From: Mobula hypostoma
Lineage: Eukaryota
DNA length: 60,000 nt
NCBI RefSeq assembly: GCF_963921235.1
Contig: NC_086107.1
Span: 111,602,001-111,662,000 of the forward strand
Direction of reading: 5' to 3'
The notes beneath the pieces are model-generated. The model had not been told where the DNA came from, searched no databases, and saw only the letters and a list, made by a program, of their open reading frames with translations. Positions within the stretch are counted from its first letter, which is position 1. The number at the start of each line of letters is the position of its first letter. The position numbers and the translations under genes were made by a program. Shown one piece after another: positions 50,449 through 60,000 of this stretch.

Positions 50449-50499
50449 CCAGCTTAATGTCAACCCTTTCCAGAAGGTCTCTGAACTGAATATCTCTCC
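50449..50499 (-). CDS. Candidate 51-nt internal exon A (phase 1-1), GRDIQFRDLLERVDIKL
   Basis: tacttgttgcAG acceptor, GTaaag donor; only conservative or silent differences from exon B. Confidence 0.55.
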
Positions 50500-51224
50500 C
50501 TGCAACAAGTACGGAGGAAGATGGTTGAAGAAAGTTCAAGTCTAATTATAAATACAAGAGATTCTGCAGATGCTGGAAATCTCACACACAATATGCTGGA
50601 GGAGCTCAGCAAATCAGGCAGCATCAATGGAGAGGAATAAACAGTTGATGTTTCAAGCCCAGATGAAGGGTCTCAGGCTGAAACATCACTCACCTCCACA
50701 GATGCTGCCTGACTTGCTGAGGTCTTCCAGCATTTTGCGCGTGTTGCTCAAGTCTAGTCAATTACTTTTGAGTATGCAAAATTGGTAATGGACGCCAGGA
50801 TATAATCTACAGTGCATCCAGAGTTTAACGCAGAAGATGACAAAAAATTTTTACAATAAAAATGTGTTAAAGCTTTTAGATACAGGGGTTGACTTGCTCA
50901 GCTCTGGCACCTCGTTCCAAGCAACAATCAGCAGTTTTAGAAGTTGTCACCAACTGTATACCACAACTGTGCTGTTAGCAGTTCATACTACATGTTCACC
51001 ACAAATCTCCGTCTCAATAAATCCCAGTTTCAAAGAGAATACACCCTGCTGGCTGTAGAACGAAATACAACTGCCACTCAGCCCAGAAATGAAAACAAAC
51101 TTTAAAGTCAAAAAACATACATCAAAGTTGCTGGTGAACGCAGCAGGCCAAGCAGCATCTATAGGAAGAGGTGCAGTCGACGTTTACTTTATTTGTCACA
51201 TGTGCATCGAAACATACGGTGAAA

Positions 51225-52040
51225 TGCAACACACACAAAATGCTGGAGGAACTCAGCAGGTCAGCCATGACTGGAAAAGAGTAAACAGTCCATGCTTTGG
51301 ACTGAGTTCTTTCTTCAGGACTGAGAGGGAAGTGGGGGGAGATGTCGGAATTAAAAGTTGGGGCAAGGGGAAAGAGGCTAGCTAGAGGGTGATAGGTGAA
51401 ACCAGGTGGATCAAGGGCTGAAAAAGAAATAATCTGATAGGAGAGTAGAGTGGACAATAGAAGAAAGGGAAGGAACAGACAGATGAGAAGAAGTGAAGGG
51501 TCAGAGTGGGGAATAGAGGAAGCGGGAGGTGGGTTTTATTTCACTGGAACAAAAATTTTTTTTTCTTCTTAGCCAAGAACGCCAGGCTCAGTGCCAGAGA
51601 CCCGGTCACCATGGGCGTCCCCTGTAGGTCATCCCCCTCAACAGCATCTAGCCCTAATTATGACTGTCTCACCAATGTAGAGGAGACCGCAATGGGAGCG
51701 CCAGATGCAGTGGACAACCCCAGCAGATTCGTAGGTAAATACCGCCTCACCTGGAAGGACTGAATGAAGGTGAGGGAGGAGCAGCTGCAGTACTTAAGCC
51801 ACCTGCAGGGGTAAGTGCCTGGTTGGATATTAGTGGGGAGGGTCAAATGGACAAGGGAAATGGAGGGGGATGAGGTACAGATATTTTTAGAGATAGGGTC
51901 AGCTTGGAGATGGCAGAAGATGAGGAGGATGATGTGTGGATGCGGATGCTGATGGGGTGGTAGGTAAGGACAAGACGGACTCTCTCACTATTTTGGTGGT
52001 GAGGAGTTCCTCCAGCGTTTTGTGTGTTTTGCTTTGGATT
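51225..52040 (-). mobile_element. Decayed Penelope-like element
   Basis: PGTYPC...SFQVR on minus; terminal repeat at 51225-51400. Confidence 0.65.
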
Positions 52041-52045
52041 ACTAG

Positions 52046-55000
52046 TGTTGTAATGTCAGCATTATTTAAAGTAAGTTAATACTAATTAGGATGATGGGGG
52101 GTTTTACTTCCGTTCTTTTTACTTCCGGTGTGCTTTGTATATAGTGAAAGCCTCTGTATATACATAATGGCTTTGAAATTCGAGATAAAGTTGTTTCTTG
52201 GGCATGAAGTTGTCAAGTGTGCCTTTTTCAAAGTAGAAGTTACTACATATTTTTGGCGACGAGGTGAACTGGTTTTGTGAACGCATCGGCACGTTTTTCA
52301 AACGGGAGCTTCGCGTTTCAGATGGCTACATTTGGAACTATCGGTGAATTTCTGGAAGGAAACGAGACTAGACGTTATTGAGCCCGTCCAGTTTTCAAGG
52401 TGGGCGACTCCCATTGTTCCAGTTCTGAAGGCAGACAAAATGGTGAGGATATGTGGGGATTATAAGCTTACGGTGAATCAGGTCTCTAAGCTGGAGGAGT
52501 ACCCATTGCCACAGGTGGATGACCTGTTTGCGACCATGACAGGGGGTAAGCTGTTCACAAAGCTGGACATGAGCCACGCCTACCAACAGCCGCTGCTCGA
52601 CGAGAATTCAAAGGAGTACGTCACAATTAATATGCACAAGGGATTATTCAAGTACAATCGCCTGGTGTTTGGAGTGGCGTCCAGCTCTGCCATTTTCCAA
52701 AGGACAATGGACACTTTGCTGCAAGGGATTCCGCAAGTAGCAGTGTACCTTGATGATATTTTGATCACGGGGACTATGGAGGTGGAGCATCTGGCTAATT
52801 TAGAACGGGTGCAGAAGAGGCTCTCAGACGCAGGGCTGCGGTTGAAACGTGGAAAATGTGTTCCTGGCATCGACTGTGACTTTCCTGGGACACAAGATCA
52901 CAACTGAGGGGCTTTTCCCAGTGGAGGACAAAGTGAGAGCTATAAAGGAGGCCCCAAGCCCTAAGACCGTCACGGAACTCAGAACATTTTTGGGCATGGT
53001 GAATTATTATGGCAAGTTTCTTCCTGACCTCTCAAGGGCTTTGACCCCACTGTATAAGCTGCTTCACAATGACACTAAGTGGCAGTGGGGTGAAGAGCAG
53101 GAGAAAGCTTTCAAGGAAGTGAAAGAACTCCTCCACTCAGCGAAGCGGCTTGTTCACTATGACCCAGACAAGGAGATCACCCTTGCATGCAATGCCTCGC
53201 CCTATGGAGTCGGGGCAGTTCTCTCACATGTAATGAAAGACTGTTCAGAGAAGCCTATTGGTTTTGCTTCATGTACCCTGACAGCTGCTGAGAAGGGATA
53301 TTCACAGCTAGACAAAGAAGGTCTGGCCATTGTTTTTGCGGTCAAACGCTTTCATCAGTACCTTTATGACGTGTATTCACAATTTATATGGACCATAAAC
53401 CACTGATGAGCCCGTTCAGCGAGACTAGATGCATCCCACTGCTGGCCTCAGCCAGGATACAGCGTTAGGCTCTTGCATTGTCAGCCTACCAGTACACCAT
53501 AGTGTACAGAGCGGGTGGGAATAATGCAAGTGCTGATGCACTGAGCCGACTACCATTACCTGAGACACCTGTTGCTACATATAGAACATAGAATATAGAA
53601 TAGTACAGCACAGTACAGGCCCTTCGGCCCACAATGTTGTGCTGACCCTCAAACCCTGCCTCCCATATAAGCCCCTACCTTAAATTCCTCCATATACCTG
53701 TCCAGTAGTCTCTTAAACTTCACTAGTGTATCTGCCTCCACCACTGACTCTGGCAGTGCATTCCACACACCAACCACTCTCTGAGTAAAAAACCTTCCTC
53801 TAATATCCCCCTTGAACTTCCCACCCCTTACCTTAAAGCCATGTCCGCTTGTATTGAGTAGTGGTGCCCTGGGGAAGAGGCGCTGGCTATCCACTCTATC
53901 TATTCTTCTTATTAAATTGTACACCTCTATCATGTCTCCTCTCATCCTCCTTCTCTCCAAAGAGTAAAGCCCTAGCTCCCTTAATCTCTGATCATAATGC
54001 ATACTCTCTAAACCAGGCAGCATCCTGGTAAATCTCCTCTGTACCCTTTCCAATGCTTCCACATCCTTCCTATAGTGAGGTGACCAGAACTGAACACAGT
54101 ACTCCAAGTGTGGCCTAACCAGAGGTTTATAGAGCAGCATCATTACATTGCAACTCTTAAACTCTATCCCTCGACTTATGAAAGCTAACACCCCATAAGC
54201 TTTCTTAACTACCCTATCCACCTGTGAGGCAACTTTCAGGGATCTGTGGACATGTACCCCCAGATCCCTCTGCTCCTCCACACTACCAAGTATCCTGCCA
54301 TTTACTTTGTACTCTGCCTTGAAGTTTGTCCTTCCAAAGTGTACCACCTCACACTTCTCCGGGTTGAACTCCATCTGCCACTTCTCAGCCCACTTCTGCA
54401 TCCTATCAATGTCTCTCTGCAATCTTTCACAATCCTCTACACTATCTACAACACCACCAACCTTTGTGTCGTCTGCAAACTTGCCAACCCACCCTTCTAC
54501 CCCCATATCCAGGTCATTAATAAAAATCACGAAAAGTAGAGGTCCCAGAACAGATCCTTGTGGGACACCACTAGTCACAATCCTCCAATCTGAATGTACG
54601 CCCTCCACCACCACCCTCTGCCTTCTGCAGGCAAGCCAATTCTGAATCCACCTGGCCAAACTTCCCTGGATCCCATGCCTTCTAACTTTCTGAATAAGCC
54701 TACCGTGTGGAACCTTGTCAAATGCCTTACTAAAATCCACATAGATCACATCCACTGCACTACCCTCATCTATATGCCTGGTCACCTCCTCAAAGAACTC
54801 TATCAGGCTTGTTAGACACCATCTGCCCTTCACAAAGCCATGCTGACTGTCCCTGATCAGACCATGATTCTCTAAATGCCCAGAGATCCTATCTCTAAGA
54901 ATCTTTTCCAACAGCTTTCCCACCACAGACGTAAGGCTCACTGGTCTATAATTACCCAGACTATCCCTACTACCTTTTTTGAACAAGGGGACAGCATTCG

Positions 55001-57661
55001 CCTCCCTCTAATCCTCCGGTACCATCCCAGTGGACAACAAAGACATAAAGATCCTTGGCAGAGGCTCAGCAATCTCCTCTCTCGCCTCGTGGAGCAGCCT
55101 GGGGAATATTCTGTCAGGCCCCGGGGACTTATCTGTCCTAATGTATTTTAACAACTCCAACACCTCCTCTCCCTTAATGTCAACATGCTCCAGAACATCA
55201 ACCTCACTCATATTGTCGTCACCATCATCAAGTTCCCTCACATTGGTGAATACCGAAGAGAAGTATTCATTGAGGACCTCGTTCACTTCCACAGCCTCCA
55301 GGCACATCTTCCCACCTTTATCTCTAATCGGTCCCACCTTCACTCCTGTCATCCTTTTTTCCTTCACATAATTGAAGAATGCCTTGGGGTTTTCCTTTAC
55401 CCTACTCGCCAAGGCCTTCTCATGCCCCCTTCTTGCTCTTCTCAGCCCCTTCTTAAGCTCCTTTCTTGCTTCCCTATAATCCTCAATAGACTCATCTGAT
55501 CCTTGCTTCCCAAACCTCATGTATGCTGCCTTCTTCCACCTGACTAGATTTTCCACTTCACTTGTCACCCATGGTTCCTTCACCCTACCATTCTTTATCT
55601 TCCTCACCGGGACAAATTTATCCCTAACATCCCGCAAGAGATCTCTAAACATCGACCACATGTCCATAGTACATTTCCCTGCAAAAACATCATCCCAATT
55701 CACACCCGCAAGTTCTAGCCTTATAGCCTCATAATTTACCCTTCTCCAATTAAAAATTTTCCTGTCCTCTCTAATTCTATCCTTTTCCATGATAATGCTA
55801 AAGGCCAGGGAGCGGTGGTCACTGTCCCCCAGATGCTCCAGAGACTGTGTTTTCATTGGAGAGGCTGTCAGAGACACCTGTAAAGGTGATCCAGATCAGG
55901 CAATGGACAGAGAGGGACCCAGTCTGGTCCCAAGTCAAGACTTTTCTTTTACTAGGCTGGCCCAGAGTAGTGGAAGGGGAGGAACTGAGGCCCTTATGCC
56001 AAATTCAAGACAGAACTCAGTCTGCAGGATGGCTGCATTTTCTGGGGGACGACGGTCATCGTGCCTCCCCCGGCCATTCACAGATTGTGGAGGAAATTCA
56101 TGAGACTCACCCAGGAGTGTCTCGAATGAAAAGCCTTGCAAGATTCTACATTTGGTGGCCAAGAATGGATCACGATCTGGAGAACAAGGTAAAATCATGC
56201 ACGTAATGTCAGACTAATCAGAATGTGCCACCACCAGCTCCTTTGCGCCAATGGGAGTGGCCAGACCACCCCTGGTCTAGGCTACAATTGGACTTTGCTG
56301 GCCCTTTTATGGGGCAGATGTTTCTTGTAATGGTAGATGTGCATTCTAAATGGATTGAAGCTCACACCATGAGCAACATCACAGCCCCCTCAACCATAGA
56401 CAAACTCAGGCAAATGTTTGAAGTCCACGGGTTGCCTGTCACTCTGGTCACTGATAATGGCCCAGCGTTCGCCAGTGAACTGTTCAGTGAGTTCATGCAG
56501 CAGAATGGCATTCATCACACTCGGACGGCCCCTTTCCACCCAGCCTCCAACGGTTTGGCTGAGTGGGTTGTTCAGAAAATGAAGGAAGACCTGAAGCGGA
56601 TGACAGAGACTCTCTTAGCATGGGGCTTTCACATTTCCTGTTTAAATACCGCCTTACACCACAGACTATGACTGCCCACACTCCAGCAGAGATGCTGATG
56701 AGGCATAGGCCCAAGTCAAGATTGGACCTACTGCGCCCGGACATGAAGGCAAAAGTGGAGAGAAAGCAGGAAAAGCAGAAGGAGGGACATGATCAACATG
56801 CGCGAGAGAGACAGTTAAAACCGGATGACAATGTCTTTGTGAGAAACAATCAGCAATGGCTGCCTGGGGTTATTCTTCAGCAGAGTGGTCCCGTCTCCTA
56901 TGTTGTTAAGCTGACTGATGGGCGTGTTTTCCGCAGACATCAGGACCATGTGCACCTGCATCATGATACCGGCTCAGAGGCAGACAGTTCCACGGAGTTT
57001 CCATTTGTGAGTCAGACTACGGTGGAAGCATGCCCACCAGTGACTTTGCCAGAGGGCGAGACGCTGGCAGAGGCGTCAGGGTCCCCTGAGGAGGACGGAC
57101 ATCCTCATGCAGACACACAGACTCCTCTCATGCCCCCAACACCAGATCCACCCAAAACACCCTCACCAGCAGTGCCTGCTGGGTCACCGGGGGTAGTGCG
57201 CAGATCACAACACACTCGTAAACCTCCTGACAGACTGAATCTTTGATGGGACAGTTCTTTTTTGTTGTTGTTAGATTGAATGTTGAATCTGTCACATTTT
57301 CCAGATGTTTTGTATTGATAAGCTGTTGCTGAGATACTAGTATAAGTTATTAGGAGTACGCAAGTTAACAACACCACTGTTTTTATTTCCTAGTTTTTTA
57401 CATTGGGGAGGTTGAATTTTAAAGGAGGAGAAGTGTCATAATGTGAGCATTATTTAAAGTAAGTTAATACTAATTAGGATAATGGGGGGTTTTAGTTCTG
57501 TTCTTTTTACTTCCGGTGTGCTTTGGTATATAGTGTTCCTGCCATGTCGTGCGGGTTGTGAAAGCCTCTGTATATGCATAACAGTTTTGAAGTTGGAGAT
57601 AAAGTTGTTCCTTGGGCATGAAGTTGTCGAGTGTGCCTTTTTCAAAGTAGAAGTTACTACA
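52046..57661 (+). mobile_element. Gypsy (Mag-like) LTR retrotransposon, internally deleted and inactivated
   Basis: LTRs 52046-52247 and 57434-57661; PBS TGGCGACGAGG at 52254; PPT 57421-57433; TSD ACTAG/ACCAG; RT (RICGDYK, YLDD), RNase H (ASPYGVGAVL), integrase (HETHPG, LDFAGP, TDNGP). Confidence 0.92.
53580..55838 (-). mobile_element. Young 5'-truncated CR1 LINE inserted in the Gypsy pol
   Basis: ORF2 open except for one TAG at 55008-55010; [20 protein letters not shown]-type tail at 53580-53600. Confidence 0.95.
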
Positions 57662-57931
57662 ACCAGCATCTGCAATTTCTCGTGTTTGTGATATAGTGAA
57701 ATGGATTGCTTGTGTCAAATCAGATCAGTGAGAATGTGCTGGGGGAGCTGTCTTCCGGCACCAACACTCCATGCCCACAACTTAATAACCAGAAACTACG
57801 TCACTGTGAATATTAATAACCCTAAACTTAACTTAACATCTCAATGACCCCAAACCGTGCGTCTTTGAAACTTCCTTTGGAATGAGGGAGGAAACTGGGA
57901 GCAATCACAAACGATTATGGTGAGAATGGTT

Positions 57932-58218
57932 CGGGCGGTGCAGTGGCATAGTGGTTAGCATAACCCTTTAGAATACTGGCGACCCGGAATTCCCACCGCT
58001 GCCTGCAGGAATTTATATATCTCCCCATGACCACGTGGGTTTCCTCTGGCTGCTCCAGTTTCCTCTCACAGTCTAAAGACGTGCCAGTTGGTAGGTTAAT
58101 TGGTCATTGTAAATTGTTCTATGGTTAGGCTGGGATTAGATTGGGGGATTGCTGGGCAGTGTGGCTTGAAGGGCTGGAAGAGCCTGTTTTGCACTGGATC
58201 TCAATAAATAAATAAATA
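57932..58218 (+). mobile_element. HE1/V-type SINE
   Basis: Same architecture as 30741-31045. Confidence 0.7.
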
Positions 58219-58437
58219 TACAAACGGACAGCAGTGAGAATTGAAACCTGATCAATTGGCGCTGTAAAGTGAATGTAACTAACTGCCACACTACTGAGCC
58301 ACCCAAATGGCCACCAAGACAAAACATAAGTACACTGTTGAAGCTCATTTTCAGTTCACGTCACATTCCAAAATCTCTGTACAAGCGACAAGTGAGAATT
58401 CACATAAATATTTCATAATTCTGACAGGTTGCAATAT

Positions 58438-58560
58438 TCAAGTCCATCTGTTCCCTTTCAGGGAGAGCTTGTCAAACAGATACTCTCCCAGGCCATACTC
58501 AGGGGCTCCCAGTCTCCTCAGGCTGGTGATCTGATCTCCAAGCTTCTTGATCGTCTTCAT
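58438..58560 (-). pseudogene. Ferritin exon 4, 3' part
   Basis: [40 protein letters not shown]; the 5' part is replaced by repeat sequence. Confidence 0.85.
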
Positions 58561-58774
58561 TTCAAAGGTCAGAAGTTCAAAGGTGAAAGTCGCATTTATT
58601 ATCAGAGTACCTACATGTCACCGCACACGACCCTGAGAGTCTTTTTCTGCAGGCCTGCTCAGCAAATCTATAGAATTGTAACCGTAAATAGGATCAATAA
58701 AAGAGCAAGAACATTGAAGACAACAAACTGTGCAAGTACAACTATAAATAAATAGCAATAACTAACGAGAGCAT

Positions 58775-60000
58775 GGATTGCCTACGGAGTCTCTGTGGGT
58801 GCAAATTAGGAACAGGAAGGGGTCAATAACTCTACTGGGTGTTTTTTATAGACCACCCAATAGTAACAGGGACATCGAGAAGCAGATAGAGAGACCTTTC
58901 TGGAAAGGTGTAATAATAACAGGGTTGTTGTGGTGGGAGATTTTAATTTCCCAAATATCGATCGGCACCTCTCTAGAGCAAGGGGTTTAGATGGGGTGGA
59001 GTTTGTTGGCTGTGTTCAGGAAGGTTTCTTGACACAATATGTAAATAAGCCTACAAGAGGAGAGGCTGTACTTGATCTGGTATTGGGGAATGAACCTGGT
59101 CAGGTGTCAGGTCTCTCAGCGGGAGAGCACCTTGGAGATGGTGATCACAATGAAAATGAAAAAATGAAATATCTTAATTGTCACTGCATTGTACAATTTG
59201 TCACACACCAATACAGAGAAAATGAGTTTGCAACTCTCATACTCAATGCTATAAAACAACAAATAAAATAAATAAACAATAAATAAAATCAAGTAACCAG
59301 CCAGAACAAGCGATGTCCAGCAGTACAACAACGCAACTCAGATGCATGACATCCATAAAACCATATTAAAGTGGCAATATAACAAATTTATGGATGATGC
59401 TTGATCGATTGGTTCAGAGCAATTATAGCTCTGGGGAAAAAGCTATTTTTCAGTCTGGAAGTGGGGGCATAGAAAATCTTATAACGTCTGCCAGATGAAA
59501 GAAGTTCAAACAGATGATTGCATGGGTGTGTATTGTCCTTACAGATGCTTGTAGCTTTCCTTAGGCAGCGAGAGCTGTAGGTGTCCTCCAGGGCTGGGAG
59601 CTGTGTCCCCATGATCTTCTGTGCGCTAGAGACGACCTGCTGAAGGGCTTTCTTATCAGCTGCTGTACAACTGAGATATCACACAGAGATGCAGTACGTT
59701 AAGATGCTCTCTATGGTACAGCTTGGCGAACTACTTCACCATAGCATTGGGGAAGGATAGGAACAGACAAGTTAGGAAAGTGTTTAAATGGAGTAAGGGG
59801 AAATATGAGGCTATCAGGCAGGAACTTGGAAGCATAAATTGGGAACATATGTTCTCGGGAAATGTACCGAAGAAATGTGGCAAATATTCAGGGCATATTT
59901 GCGTGATGTTCTATATAGGTACGTTCCAATGAGACAGGGAAAGGATGGCAGGGTACAGGAACCGTGGTGTACAAAGGCTGTTGTAAATCCAGTCAAGAAG
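58775..60000 (+). mobile_element. CR1 ORF2 endonuclease fragment interrupted by a minus-strand Rex1/Babar-type fragment (~59150-59722)
   Basis: ESLWVQIRN...YRPPNS, GDFNFP, LDLVLGNE; resumes at ~59733. Confidence 0.8.

Noticed and set aside
50191..50499. Resemblance of the 17-aa repeat to dermokine/KRTDAP helices
   Set aside because: Only a generic amphipathic pattern plus KLG; too short to assign homology

Overview
Repeat-dominated vertebrate genomic DNA, very probably from a cartilaginous fish (inferred from HE1/V-type SINEs, dense CR1, Rex1/Babar and Penelope-like elements, and the form of the BAFF protein). Nearly all ORFs in the track are transposon fragments. The only intact host-type coding region is an intronless minus-strand BAFF (TNFSF13B)-like gene (ATG 31909 to stop 31046, 287 aa). 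It has a ~28-aa Cys-rich insertion in the TNF domain and a SINE directly abutting its stop codon. Features missed by the ORF track: two tandem 51-nt phase-1 candidate exons of an unidentified gene plus a decayed third copy; orphan ferritin exon 2 (+) and exon 4 (-) fragments; two families of minimal hammerhead-ribozyme motifs on Penelope-like repeats; a perfect 126-bp palindrome; a TIR/TSD-delimited Chapaev3 derivative; a Gypsy insertion with an inverted gag and a self-complementary leader; a deleted Gypsy element with a nested CR1; two solo LTRs; and a HERO-like endonuclease fragment. All family calls come from motif recognition, not database searches. Boundaries of old repeats are approximate.
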